Origin: Octopus vulgaris
Taxonomy: Eukaryota
Assembly: GCA_951406725.2 (NCBI GenBank)
Contig: OX597833.1
Location: forward strand, 7,378,001-7,442,000
Direction: 5' to 3'
DNA: 64,000 nt
Shown here: one piece after another, positions 27,527-42,099 of the stretch
How the letters are laid out: every line of letters starts with the position of its first letter
Position numbering within the stretch: the first letter of the stretch is position 1
The notes under the pieces: model-generated
What the model was told of the DNA's origin: nothing
The model's input: only the letters and a program-made list of their open reading frames with translations
Database searches by the model: none
Program-made: the position numbers and the translations under genes

Positions 27527-28737
27527 TTGTGTTGAGTCAAAAGTTTTGCAATATTTGGGTAATTTACTCTTTTACTTGTTTCAGTCATTTGACTGTGGCC
27601 ATGCTGGAGCACCGCCTTTAGTCGAGCAAATCGACCCCGGGACTTATTCTTTGTAAACCCAGTACTTATTCTATCGGTCTCTTTTGCCGAACCGCTGAGT
27701 GACAGGGACGTAAACACACCAGCATCGGTTGTCAAGCAATGCTAGGGGGACAAACACAGACACACAAACACATACATATATACGACAGGCTTCTTTCAGT
27801 TTCCGTCTACCAAATCCACTCACAAGGCATTGGTCGGCCCGGGGCTATAGCAGAAGACACTTGCCCAAGATGCCACGCAGTGGGACTGAACCCAGAACCA
27901 TGTGGTTGGTTAGCAAGCTACTTACCACACAGCCACTCCTGCTTCGTTTGTCAAGTTACAACAAAAACGGCAAAACATTTGAAGTGGAGGCCATCATGTT
28001 GCACCATCTGAAGCCACCTTTCCAACAGTTCTTTGATCCCAATTTTTTGCCCTTTCAGACAAAAGAACTCCTTCGCTAAAGCTCCCATCTAAGCTATGGA
28101 TTAGAACAAGAAATAATCTGAGGGGATTCAGTCCAGACCAAAAGTTGGACGAGGCATCAGTTGGTCAATTTCCTGGAGTTTATTCTGGGTTGTTTGAGCA
28201 GTAAGAGATCTTGCATTGTCTGGGTGCAGCAAAGCTCCCTTTCTGTTGAACCAATGCTGGGTTTTATGACACACAATTGCACACATCTGCTCCAGCTGTT
28301 CAGAGCACAGATTAGCATTGAGGGTTCAACCATCTGGAATGAACTCGTAATTCCATCAGACACAGAACATCACGTGTTCGAAATGCCTATATTTGCTGGT
28401 TCCAAAAGCTGGCTCTTCCTTCACCACTGCCCCTATGCATATTAGGATGGCAGAAGAATATCTCCTTTGGGATTATTACTTGTTCCAATCCATGGCTCAC
28501 TTCCTGCATTTGCAACCCTTTTTGAACAAAAATGGTGAAAGCTTCAGTGAAGGAGTTCTTCCCTTCAAAGGACCAGAAATGGTATCAGCATGGGATCAAA
28601 GAACTAACAGAAAGGTGGCTTCAGATGGTGCAACACGATGGCCTCTACTTTGAATGTTTGGTGGCTGCTTTTGTTCTAACTTGATAAATAAAGCAAACAA
28701 CTCAACAAAACACTGCAAAACTTTTCACTCAACACAA
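27527..28737 (-). mobile_element. Internally deleted mariner element with a SINE insertion
   Basis: 24-bp TIRs TTGTGTTGAGT(C/G)AAAAGTTTTGCA flanked by TA at both ends; transposase remnant NRKGALLHPDNAR. Confidence 0.85.
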
Positions 28738-29397
28738 TATCAAACAGACACACATCACCCTTTGTAGTCTTCTTTAAACTACAACTTAAATGCATTTCAT
28801 TGTTGCTAAGCCAGGGATCTGCTTCTCCATTAGATTTTATAGATCCTCAATTTCATGTTATATATATATCTGGCAATAACATCAAAGTGGTTGAGTGGCG
28901 TTCATCCTCCACTGGGGAATGGAAGTCTCTAAAATATAACATCTGACTGATATGGCCTTGTTGTTCAGCAAAATAGCAGGGGTCAGAAAACTCGACCCTG
29001 TTTTGACCAATTATTACAGACATAGGTAGAATGTGTCTGTAAATCTCTTAATTCTTGCGTTCATGCTATGTTCTGAACACTTCTGAGATACATGTCATGA
29101 AAGGGATCTTGTAGTTCTTTCTTCGTAGTCCAGGTATTGACTCCTTGGAGAGGAATGTTCTCTACACATGCCTTCAGGAAAGCCAGCCTTGTTGACCTTT
29201 AAACTGCATCAAGCGCTAAGGGTCCTTTGATCTTGTCGTTGTTTAACACTAGGTTAGCCGATTCCCTGATCAAGCAACTAGGATCAGAGGTTTTCTGTAT
29301 TGGTATTGCTGTGAAAATTGTTGAATGAATAATGAGAAATTTGAATTTGAAAAACTTGATTGCTGGATGCTGAAAATTCTTCTCTAGTTTTAGGTAA

Positions 29398-29830
29398 TCA
29401 TCATCATCATTGTTCGACCGTGGTCGAGACAATGGAATTTACTATGTTACGCCAGACTTCACGGTCCATCATAGCATTACAGAGGTCCTGTTGCTGGATG
29501 CCTGTATCCCTGGAGATTACATCAGGGTAGGAGAGTGTGCGCCCTCTGGTATTGCGAGTAGATGGCTTCCAGAGGAGAAGAGTAGAAATTACTTCTTTTT
29601 CAGCTCTACAACAATGTCCAGCAAACTGGACTCTCTTACCTTTCACAAGAGATGACACAGGTGGTAGTTTCCCATATATTTACATTTTGGTTGGATGGCG
29701 CTTCCACGAGAGATTTTGAGCTCTCATAAGGAGGCGAGTGTAGGTTCCATCCAACCGCCTCTCAAGCTTCTTTGATAACGTCCAGGTTTCTGAGCCATAT
29801 AGTAGAATTGGTTCGACTGTGGCTTTGAAT
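29398..29830 (-). mobile_element. RTE-clade LINE, 3' fragment
   Basis: VEPILLYGSETWTL...RLDGTYTRLL...VQFAGHCCRA...AMMDREVWR...EQ* followed by a (TGA)n tail. Confidence 0.85.
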
Positions 29831-30674
29831 ATTTCCTCAATAAGTCCCCACAGCTCTCTATCTCGTTAGATCTCTAATGATCAACCACTGTTCTTGGTAT
29901 TGTGACACAGCAAAAACTACATCCCAATCATAGCCTTGTGTGTTCAGAGTCAAAATAATATTTCAAGCTTGAGTAGATGTTGATCCTCTGCAAAGCTCAA
30001 AGGGAGTCCAGCAGCTGAATACAACCCATGCCCACCACATCTGAATGGATGCTGTTATTCATCAGCCTGAATAACAAGTACTTTCTGACCATCAACACAT
30101 TCCAAAGACAGGATGTCTCTTCACGTTCTTTTACAGCAATTATGGTTTCTTCAGCCACCTCCACTAATCAGAACAAACACAGCAAAATATCTGATCTAAT
30201 GCTCTACCAATTCTCTCAATCTACTGCCCCAGGGTGGTAGTTTATTTATTGACCATGAAAGGATGAAAAGCAAAACTGAGCTTAGTGGGAATTGAACTCA
30301 AAATGCTAAGCCTTATATACCTGATGTTCTACTGACTCAACTAATTTGGTGCAGAATTAGCTACAACTGTCTTCTTGAGAGAAAATCACAAATAAAGAAA
30401 GCCAACCATGGTTGGATTCCATGTGGCCAAATAAGAGAAGGGATGGCTATGGTTGGAACATTATTGATTATAGGTTTGCTAGATCAGTTTTGATTTGGGG
30501 CTAAATAACTACAACCACTTGCACTACTATATGATACATTAAATGATGTAGTCTAAGGTATACCCTGCCTGTTCTAAAGACAGGATAATCAGAATATTCC
30601 ATTAAAGGGTTCTGAAAGCAGGAAAATGTTATTCTGAGGGAAGAAAAATAAATTTATGAATACTTATAATAATG

Positions 30675-31080
30675 AGGCGCAGGAGTGGCTGTGTGGTAAG
30701 TAGCTTGCTAACCAACCACATGGTTCCTGGCTCAGTCCCACAGCATGGCATCTTGGGCAAGTGTCTTCTACTATAGCCCCGGGCCGACCAATGCCTTGTG
30801 CATGGATTTGGTAGACGGAAACTGAAAGAAGCCCGTCGTATATATGTATATATATATATATGTGTGTGTGTGTGTTTGTATGTCTGTGTTTGTCTCCCTA
30901 GCATTGCTTGACAACCGATGCTGGCGTGTTTATGTCCCCGTCACTTAGCGGTTCGGCAAAAGAGACCGATAGAATAAGTACTGGGCTTACAAAGAATAAG
31001 TCCTTGGGTGTAGTTGCTCGACTAAAGGCGGTGCTCCAGCATGGCCGCAGTCAAATGACTGAAACAAGTAAAAGAGTAAA
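30675..31080 (+). mobile_element. SINE family B with internal CA/TA microsatellite (copies near 27565-27945, 38420-38850, 41810-42197, 53220-53870, 16097-16260, all minus)
   Basis: Shared head GGCGCAGGAGTGGCTGTGTGGTAAG...CAGTCCCAC...CTTGGGCAAGTGTCTTCT and tail CAGTCAAATGACTGAAACAAGTAAAAGAG. Confidence 0.85.
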
Positions 31081-31979
31081 AGAGAATGATAATCATTTCT
31101 TATTTTGGCAAAAAGTCAGCAATTTTGAGGGGAGGGTGAAGTCAATTAAATTGACCCCAATATAGCAGCCAGCCTCCCCTGTCACCTGTGCTGGTGGCAC
31201 ATAAAAAGCACCCACTACACTCATGGAGTGGTTGGCATTAGGAAGGGCATCCAGCTGTAGAAACTCTGCCAGATCAGACTGGGCCTGGTGCAGCCTCCTG
31301 GCTTCCCAGACCTGGTTGAACCGTCCAACCCATGCTAGCATGGAAAGCGGATGTTAAATGATGATGACGATGACATTACTGGTACTTATTTTATCAATCT
31401 TGAAAGGATGAAAACCAAAGTTGATCTTGGCAGAATTTGAACTCAGAACGTAAAGATGGATGATATGCCAGTGAGCATTTTGTGTGGCATGTTAACGGTT
31501 CTGCCAACAAGCAGTCTTTATTATAGTAATGAAGATGATGATGATGATGGTTGCTTCTGTCGATTTTCAGCAGATGAGTGTTTGAAGGAAAGGATTTAAA
31601 AAAAAAAAAAGGGAAAAACGAAAGAAAAAAACACTAAAAGAAGCTTCATCTATTTGTGATGAATGTGTGAATGGATTTTGCACTGGGGACATTCGTGATT
31701 TCCATTTTGCTTGGAATCGGGCAAATGGTCCTGTTGGTTGCAGGATAGAATTCTTTTATTGTTCTGTTTCTTCTACTCAGATTATTTTGACGCACCCACT
31801 ACACTCACAGAGTGGTTGGCGTTAGGAAGGGCATCCAGCTGTAGAAACGTTACCAGATAAGACTGGAGCCTGGTACAGCCTTCTGGCTTCCCAGATCCCC
31901 GGTCGAGCCGTCCAACCCATGCTAGCATGGAGAACGGACGTTAAACGATGATGATGATGATGAGGATGATGATCGTGAC

Positions 31980-32285
31980 ACATTTTATGCCATGCAGATC
32001 AATCTAGGCAACGACTCTCCCAAGATGTCAGGTTAAGCTGTTGAGATTTTAGGGATTGCTTCAACTTATCCTTATACCAAAGGAGGGGTCTTCCTTTACC
32101 ACAGTATCCTTCTACTTGTTGGCCATACAAAAGAATTTTGGAATTCAAACAACACATCCTACCCATCTGTACTGGATTCTCATCAGCATGCTTTGGATAC
32201 TGGAGATATCACATTCTTCTAAGATTTTGACATTTGATATCTCATCTTGCCATTTTATGTTGCAGATATTGCGCAGACAAGTTTC
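31980..32285 (-). mobile_element. Degenerate RTE LINE C-terminal fragment
   Basis: CLRNICNIKWQDEISNVKILE...IQSMLMRIQYRWVG...LLYGQ..GKGRPLLWYKDKLK. Confidence 0.75.
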
Positions 32286-33443
32286 TTTATATGTCTATAA
32301 TAGGGAGTCCATGCTTCTACACCAGTGGAGTGGAAGCACTCCGTCGGTTACGACGACGAGGGTTCCAGTTGATCCGATCAACGGAACAGCCTGCTCGTGA
32401 AATTAACGTGTAAGTGGCTGAGCACTCCACAGACACGTGTACCCTTAACGTGGTTCTCGGGGATATTCAGCATGACACAGAGAGTGACAAGGCCGGCCCC
32501 TTGAAATACAGGTACAACAGAAACAGGAAGTAAGAGTGAGAGAAAGTTGTGGTGAAAGAGTACAGCAGGGATCACCACCATCCCCTGCCAGAGCCTCGTG
32601 AAGCTTAGGTGATTTCGCTCAATAAACACTCACAATGCCCGGTCTGGGAATCGAAATCGCGATCCTACGACCACGAGTCCGCTGCCCTAACCACTGGGCC
32701 ATACCATACAAATAAAAATAATAATAATAATAATAATGATAATGCTTTCTTTATTAAACATAATAATAATAACAAACATCATAGATTTTAACATAGGCAC
32801 AAAGCCTGGAATTTGGGAGGGGTACAGTGAATTAAGTTACTTCCCCAGTATCTCACTGGTATTTTGTTTTAACATTGGGAGGATAAAAGGCACTGCTGAC
32901 CCAGGCTGCATCTGAACCCAAGTATTAACATAGGTATATATAGATATTATAGACACTCTCTAAAATATATATATATATATATCACGTGAACACGTGACTG
33001 ACCAGACCATCAGATGTTGCCTCACATCGCTGGTCACAATGCGTTCGCATTGTTTTAGCCTTCGAATGACGCCACCCCGCTGGCTAAGCGAGCAGGCCAA
33101 CAGAACAAAGAGAGAAAGAGTGGTGAAAGAGTACAGCAGGGATGACCACCCCCTGCCGGAGGCTTGTGGAGCTTTTAGGTGTTTTCGCTCAATAAACACA
33201 CACAACGCCCGGTCTGGGAATCGAAACCGCGATCCTACGACTCCGAGTCCGCTGCCCTAACCACTGGGCCATTGCGCCTCCACACACACACACACACAAA
33301 CAAACATAATTATTTATATAACAATGAAAACTGCACAGTATATTTACATGGTGACTTGGTAAGCTATTTAGTAATTTATACAGTGACTCAGTAATTTAGA
33401 CGGTCACCTTCATTTAGCTGGTCACCTGCATTTACAAAGAGAT

Positions 33444-33551
33444 TCAGTAGTTTTTCCTCAGCTGTCTATTTTCCAGTTTCAGCTGTTGGTTTTCAGCAAT
33501 CAGATCTCTGACAAAAGCCATATGTTGCTGGAGTCCATTAGAAATCTCGAC
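33444..33551 (-). CDS. NEDD1: NEDD1 last coding exon (VEISNGLQQHMAFVRDLIAENQQLKLENRQLRKNY*)
   Basis: ttctttcag acceptor; coiled-coil ending like the recalled vertebrate LVAEIERLREENKRLR; TGA at 33446-33444. Confidence 0.92.
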   Translation of the reverse strand, partial: VEISNGLQQHMAFVRDLIAENQQLKLENRQLRKNY

Positions 33552-36500
33552 CTGAAAGAACAGGAAAGAATAAAAGAAACAATCAATCATTTTAATAGGT
33601 GTCATGAGGTGGTGGATGGAAGAGATAAGTTATTCCAACTGGAACAGAGAGAGAAGTGCTAGAGTGATATATATATATATATCAATCCTGCACAGGGGAA
33701 GAGATGCTTCATTTAGTACCTAAGAATAGAAGTGGTTTACATAAGGGTTTATTATCTGCTACCAGTACCTTACTAATATACCATCCATGGTACCATACCA
33801 AGGCTTCCTCAGTAACTTCACCAAAAGGCCATCCATAAGACCTGATACTTTCAAACTTTCCCCAGTGCCTATGAGGTACATGTACCTCATTGATATGGCC
33901 ATCCGTAGTATCGATACATTCTTCAATGAATATGATGTAGCAGTACCGCACCAATAAGGTCATCCATAGTTCTGATACTTTCCAACTTTCAAAAGTGTTT
34001 ATGAAGTACAGGTACCTCACCAATATGGCCATCCAGGATACCTGCTATCTCTAAGTCTATTAGGAACCTCATCAATGTGGCAATATTCAGAAGCAATACC
34101 TTCTCCAGTGCCAACACCAAACTCTCAGAATATTCCATTAAAGGTTTATAAAAGTAGCTAAGATGTTATTTAGAGGTAAGAAAAAGAATTCATCTATGAA
34201 TAATAATAATAATAATAATGATAATAATGATAATAATAATAATAATAATGCTTTCTTATTTTGGTGCAAGGCCAGCAAATTTTGAGGGGAGGGGAACGTT
34301 TACATTGACCTCACTGCTTGACTGGTTTGTTATTCTATCAACCGTCAAAAGGATGAAACACCAAGTTGACTTTGGTGGGATTTGAACTCAGGAAACGAAG
34401 AGAGAAAGAAGAAATGCTGCTAAGCATTTTGGGTGACACCCAAACGATTCTGGCAATCCACCACACCCAGTAATAATAATAATAATAATTTCTTTACTAC
34501 CCACAAGGGGTTAAACATAGAGGGGACAAACAAGGACAGACAAAGGGATTAAGTCGATTACATCGACCCCCCAGTGCAAAACTCGTACTTTATTTATCGA
34601 CCCCGAAAGGATGAAAGGCAAAGTCGACCTCGGCCGAATTTGAACTCGGAACGTAACAGCAGACGAAATACGGCTTCGCATTTCGCCTGGCGTGCTAACG
34701 TTTCTGCCAGCTCGCCGCTTATAATAATAATAACAATAATAATTATAGTAATAATAATAATAATAATAACAATAATCTTTTCTACAATAGGCACAAAGCC
34801 TGAAATTTTGGGGAAAGGGACTAGTTGGTCACATTGACTCCAGTGTTTCGCTGCTACTTATTTAATCAACCCCGAAAGGATGAAAGGCCAAGTCGACCTT
34901 GGCGGAATTTAAACTCAGAACAGAAAGACGGGCGAAATACCGCTAAGCATTTCATCCAGCATACTAACGATTCTGCCAGCCTTAATAATAATAATAATAA
35001 TAAGAACAAAGGCACTGAGAGAGTGAAAACCTCTGCCAAGGCAACACCAATGTTCTCTCAAAGGTTAACCAGCGATGACTTTTTAAAATGAGAATATCTG
35101 AAATAAACTTGACTGCTCTAACTAACGAGAATACTAAAAATGAACCCGACCACTCTCAAAAATTAAGTAAAAAAAACAACAACAAAAAACAGAAAAATAA
35201 TCCAGAATGCTTGTCTGGTACCAGATCGATCCCAGAATCTAATCAGTTCATGCCAGTCATGAGGCCAAACATCCCTGAAAGTTTCATCAGAATCCATCCA
35301 GCAGTTCTTGCGATATCTTGTTCAAGGACAAACAAACAAACAAACACAACTGAAAACAATACCTCTGCCTTTGCTAAGGTGGAGGTAATAATCCTTTCTA
35401 CTGGAAGCACAAGGCCTGGATTTTGTGGGGAGTTGAGCAGCCAATCACATCGACCCCAGTGTTTCACAAGAACTTAATTTATCCATCCCAAAAGGATGAA
35501 AGGCAAAGTTGACCGTGGCAGGATTTGAACCCAGAACATAGCAGCAATAACAATAATCCTTTTTACTATAGGCACAAAGCCTGAAATTTGTGGAGAGGGG
35601 GTACGTCGTTCACGTCGACCCCCATACTTAATTGCTAATTAATATACTGACCCCTGAATGGATAAAAGACAAAGTCAACCTCAGCAGAATTTGAACTCAG
35701 AATGTGAAGAAAAATGCTTTGCCATTCTGCCCAGCTCACTGTCTTAAAATAATGGTAGTAGTAGTAGTAGAGTTTTCTTTATTGGCAACAGGGGCCAAAG
35801 GCATTGGGGGACCACATGCAAAATAAGACGTCAAGGTACCTTCTGTTGTTGCATCATACGCAGAACATTCATCTGCATGCGGAGGAAATCGTTGTGGACG
35901 TTGTCTGTGAATACTTCCATTGCATCATAGACCACACCGTGCAGCAGCTTAAAAGAGACCGAGTTGGACGATGGCATGTTAGGTGCAGATGCAGCGGCGG
36001 TTGCGGCAGTGGGAGTGATGATCCTGGTGGGAGCAACCGATGCTGCTGCAGTTGCTGCTGTCAGCGGTATGGAGTGGATCTGAGTGGTTGCAGAGGGTGC
36101 AGCTTTCGGCATGAAAGGTCCAAAAGTGACAGGGGTGGATACCTGGATAAACAGACAGACAGACAGACAGATAATCAAGTTAGTAAATGAAGTGTTGAGG
36201 AGGAGGAGGAAGAGGAGAAGGGTAACAACAATGTGTGTGTGTGTCAACTTCCTATACAGGTTGACTGTATGAATATGCATGTGTGTGTGTGTGTGTGTGT
36301 GAGGCCAAGTGTGCATTTCCCCCATGTCTTCACATGTGGGCATTGTGTGTTTGCAGTCCTCCTTGAAAGCACATGTAGGTTGTTCAAGAGACAGGGATGT
36401 AAAGGAGAGGGGGGGTTATTACCTTTGCTTGGAAACTGGTGAAAGTTGAGCATATCATCATCACCATCATCATCATTTAACATCCGCTTTCCATGCTGGC

Positions 36501-38632
36501 ATGGGTTGGACAGTTCAACTGGGGTCTGGGAAGCCAGGAGGTTGCATCAGGCTCCAGTTTGATTTGGCAGTGTTTCTACAGATGGATGCCCTTCCTAATG
36601 CCAACCACTCCGAGAGTGTAGTGAGTGCTTTTCTTACATGCCTCTGGCACAGGGGCCAGATAGGGCTGGCATCAACCATAATTGGATGGTGCTTTTTACA
36701 TGCCACCGGCACGGGAGCCAATCAAGGCAGTGCTGGCATCGGCCACGTTTGGATGGTGCTTTTTACGTGCCACCGGCACAGAAGCCAGTTGGGGCGAGGG
36801 TTGTGGAAATTCTACCCCAAGTCTCTTTTGACCCAGGCAAGTATAAGCATGGCCAAGTAGACACTATAACAATGAATACACACACCTGTACAGGTGTCAC
36901 ATAAAAAGCACCTATGCTGGCACCACATACAGAGAATGTGTAAGTATGCACATGTGTGAGACATCTGTCATTCTGTAAAGGGTTTGGTGTTAGGAAGGGC
37001 ATCCAGCTGTAGAAACCAAGCCAAAACAGATATCTGCAGCCCTCTGGCTTGCCTGTTCCTACCAAACCATCCAACCCATGCCAGCAGGGAAGACGGACAT
37101 TCAGTGATGATGATGATAATATATATATATATATATATTTAATAATTAGGGTTCAGCAAAGATTTGTTTTACCACATACCAAAGTTTAGAAATAGCGGTA
37201 TGTGGTAAAGCAAATCTTTGCTGAACCCTAATTATTAAGTATTACTTAAGTTTACCATGAAATGGTCCTTTTTTCATGCCGAATTCTACTTGGTGAAATT
37301 ATTGATTACTTCTTAATTAATTAATTTTACCCTTTGTTATTATTATTATATATATATATATATGTTTATCATTGTTGTCATAGTTTTGATGTCCACTTGT
37401 CCATGCTAGTATGAGTTTGATGAAACTGGTTGGGGCAGCTCTTCTGGATGTTCTACTTGGAGTCAAACTGAAATTCTTTCGAAACAACATAAGAAGAACC
37501 CACCAAGAGTTCTTAGAAGAATAAGCAACTTACCATGGCACAAAAAGGAAAAACCCAAAGCCAGAAAGAAATGGTAGGTGCAAGGGATAAGATGATCTTA
37601 CCTTTGAAGTTGCCATCATTGGTGGTGACATCTCACTGATGCTGGATGCTACCCCCTGCCTATTAAAAGTTGTTGGTGAGAGGATGTCCCTGACGTCCCA
37701 CTTTCTTCTGTTCATTGAAGAAGAGTCACGTGATGTGACAGGGGTAATGTGCTGGACGTCCATATCCATCACGGGCTGAGGAGATTGTGTACTCAGCAGG
37801 GCAGCTTGGGTATTACTGCTGCCCGGGGTTGCAGCGTCTGATTTTCTGTGGACCATTGAGTTGAGGTCAAATGGTGATGGCAGCTGAGCAGAGGGGTTGC
37901 TGGTTCTGCCTGAAGAGGATGAGAAAGGGGGAAAACAATTAAGGAAGAGAGATTCAGAGAAAGTATAAGATTGAGGAAAGGGAACAGGGGAGAGAGAAAT
38001 TAGATGAAAGGGTATCACCATCATCATCATCATCTAACGTCCATCTTCGATGGTGACATGGCTTGGATGGTTCAACAAGATCCAACAAACCAGAGGACTT
38101 CATTGACCTCCAAAGCCTACTTTGACATGGTTTCTACAGCAGAATGACCTTCCTAATGCCGCCAACCACTTTTGCATAGCACCAGCTCCTTTGAGATTGC
38201 ACAGTAACTCACGAGAGAAAAGCAAGCCCTCATCAGAATTGGGGTTCAGTAAAGAGGTGGGTGGTGACTTTATACCACATGTTGAGAAGTTGAAGTTTGA
38301 TAGAGGAACAGAAACAAGTGTCTTGCTGTAGGAGAGGTACACTGCTGCCCTCTAGGGAGAAATAGCAAAAGAAGAATGTCCCTTGGTTTTTAAGAACTTA
38401 TATGCTTAACCATCTTACTCTCTCTCTTTACTCTTTTACTTGGTTCAGTCATTTGACTGCGGCCATGCTGGAGCACCGCCTTTAATCGAGCAACTCGACC
38501 CCGGGACTTATTCTTTTGTAAGCCCAGTACTTATTCTATCGGTCTCTTTTGCCGAACCGCTAAGTAACGGGGACATAAACACACCAGCATCAGTTGTCAA
38601 GCAATGCTAGGGGGACGAACACAGACACACAA

Positions 38633-38694
<62 letters not shown>

Positions 38695-41600
38695 GACGGG
38701 CTTCTTTCAGTTTCCGTCTACCAAATCCACTCACAAGGCTTTGGTCGGCCCAAGGCTATAGTAGAAGACACTTGCCCAAGGTGCCACGCAGGAGGACTGA
38801 ACCCGGAACCATGTGGTTGGTAAACAAGCTACTTACCACACAGCCACTCCATCTTGTTATCATATTTCTGGGGAAATACACAGTCTTTATTTCAATTTAG
38901 TAAATTAACCCCGTTATTATTAATTTGATGTCTGGAACATAAATTAACATGAAACCTTTAACCTTGATCCCTTTAAAAGAGGAAGTTTGTTATCACAGAG
39001 CCAGGAGTTTTTCTCAGACGGGCAAGAACCTGGTTTTGTTGGTCTTGTTGTACAACAGATGAGAGAGATATGTTCTCCTGGCTCAGACAGCAGTCAATGA
39101 CAAATGATGTCTCTACACAATACTGAAAGCTGTGAACAAGTGAGACAGGGTCTCTTGGCTCTGACCCCAGTTAATTACAGGTTAAATCTTCAGATAATGC
39201 TGAGAGGTAAACAAAGGATTTTACATGAAACACACTTTGTAATATCCGATGTGTATTTGAACCGGAGTTCTCTTGATTGGTCGTAGCTTGCCAGAGGAAC
39301 TTGGCTGTTATTTTCTACAAAGTATTTGAGAAAGGGAGAGGGGGAGAGGAGGAGGAGGAGAAGAAGAAAGGGAGGACGGGGGGGTGTAGTAGAAAAAGAA
39401 GACACAAAATATTCTGATGGATCTTACCTGAGTCCTTGGAAGGTGAAAATGGACTGTCAGCGGGTAAATTTGACAGCTGTGGAATAGAGAATGGACAATG
39501 ATGACGGCCAAAAGGATTTCAACAGAAAAATACATCACACCAGCCATACACAATATCAATGCTATGGCACATAAAATAAGAAAAAAAAAACACCATCCGA
39601 GCGTGGCTGTTCACCAGCCTTGTCTGGCACCTGTGTCGGTGGCACATAAAAAGCACCCACTACACTCACGGAGTGGTTGGTGTTAGGAAGGGCATCCAGC
39701 TGTAGAAACACTGCCAGATCTGACTGGAGCCTGGTGCAGCCGTCGGGCTTCCCAGATCCCCGGTCGAACCGTCCAACCCATGCTAGCATTGAAAGCGGAT
39801 GTTAAACGATGATGATGAGGATGATGAAGACAACATGTTTATACTAGTATATATACACATAGGCACACAGACAGGTGTGTGTGTGTGTGCATACACTACA
39901 AACAACAACACCATCATCATCATCATTGCTTAATATCTGTTTTCCATGCTGGCATGGGTTGGACGGTTTGCCAGGAGCCGGCCAACCACGGAACTGTCCA
40001 GACTCCAATTGCAGCAGGGTTTCTATGGCTGGATGCCCTTCCTTACATGTTTATTACATCGAAAGTTGACAGTGTGCTCCAGTTTGGGCTTTCATGAATC
40101 ATCAACAGCCCAACCTGGGGTGAAACTCAGCTCAGACCACAAATATATACAGCTTTACGGTATTTATTCTGGATCTCTGCACTTTGAGTTCAAATTCCAC
40201 CAAGTTCAACTTTGCCTTTTGTTTCCTTGGGATCAGTAAAATACAAGAGCATCAGACAAGATGCCTTGTGGCATCTTTATCAGCTCTTTTATATTCTGGG
40301 TTCAAATTCTGCCTGGTGCCTGGTGGCTGGGCTAATCTCATGATGACATGAGTAAAACCTATTCATCCCACATTTGACCAGTAAGGTCAGGAAAGTATGC
40401 AGCCAGCAAAACTATGCAAGCAACAGCAGGTCAAGGTTTTCATGCAGCAGTGGATCGATTAATTTGGTTGTATTTTTAGTGACCCTTAGAAAAATGAAAA
40501 ATGATATTGACCTCAAAGAGATTTGAACCCAGAATATAAAGACAATTTGTCTGCTGCTCTAACAATACTCCTAACCAACCCCTATCTAACTTTGATCATC
40601 ATCATCATCATCATCATTTAGCGTCCGCTTTCCATGCTGGCATGGGTTGGATGGTTCAACTGGGGTCTGTGAAGCCGGAAGGCCGCATCAGGCCCAGTCA
40701 GATCTGGCAGTGTTTCTACGGCTGGATGCCCTTCTTAACCCCAACCACTCCGTGAGTGTAGTGGGTGCATTTTACGTGCCACCCGCACAGGTGCCAGACG
40801 GAGCTGGCAAACGGCCACGAACGGATGGTGCTTTTACGTGCCACCGGCACAGGGGCCAGGCGAAGCTGGCAACGGACACGAATGGATGGTGCTTTTACAT
40901 GCCACCGGCACAGGGGCCAGGCGAGGCTGGCAACGGACACTAACGGATGGTAACAATATCAATAACATTTTGAGACAGATCAATAAATTATTAGAAAAGT
41001 CACTGACCTGGAGGGAAGTTTCAGCAAATGATGGCCACAAGAAGCTGTATTCAGAGGTGTTACTCTGGTTGCAACTGACGTCTGAGGGGACAAAACTGGC
41101 GTTTGCACTTGCAGGAGAAAACAGGCCCAATGCATCAGCTGTATTGATGAGACACAAGTTATCATAGTTATGCATGTTGTTGTTATTAATTACAAGGGTG
41201 AGCCACAACGTAATGTCATTTTGTTTAGGACAGGTGTAATTACCAACACCGGAACATGACTCATACATCAAAATGAAGCTGGTCCTCTGTGGATCACATC
41301 CCTACTTCTCAGCATAGTCATCGTTTCTCTCAATAGCAATGTTCCACCTTCGAATGAGAGCATGTATCCCTTCCTCGTAAAATTTTGTTGACTGTTCTTT
41401 GAGCCACTTCTTCGCTACAGTTTTCACTTCCTCGTCACTGGACTATCATCTCTTCGACCCATGAAAGAGGGTTTGAGAGACAATCATTCCAGTGACGAGG
41501 AAGTGAAAACTGTAGGGAAGAAGTGGCTCAAGGTCACATGTATTGCACGTTGTTATGGTTATGTGCATTGTGTTGCCATTGGTTAAATATGTGTTGTCAT

Positions 41601-42047
41601 TAGTTAGACATGTCCGGTTTCCATTAATTACACACATATACAGGGCCCTATAAACACAGTCATGTACATATACAGCTACAAACACACACACGATGGTGTC
41701 AAGGAACAATCATCAAAAAAATAAATAAATTTTGAAGAGAAAACCAAATTGATTAAAAGAGAAATCAGTGAAAAACATGAGACGGAAGAAAATTTTTAAC
41801 AGAAATCTTCTCTCTTTTACTTGTTTCAGTGATTGGATTGTGGCCATGCTGGGGCACCACATTGAAGAATTTTAAGTTGAACGAATCGAATCCCCCATTA
41901 ATTACCTTTTCTTAAGACTGGTACTTATTCTATCAGTCTCTTTTGCTGAACTGCTAAGGGGTCATAAACACATCAACACCAGTTGTCAAGAAATGGTGGA
42001 GAACAAACATTGACACACACACACACACACATAGGTGCATGTGTGTG

Positions 42048-42099
<52 letters not shown>

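Noticed and set aside
40047-40114. Possible extra NEDD1 exon (cag|GTTGGG...AT|gtaagg)
   Set aside because: Phase 0 to 2 would break the frame between exons 9 and 10, and it overlaps a repeat end
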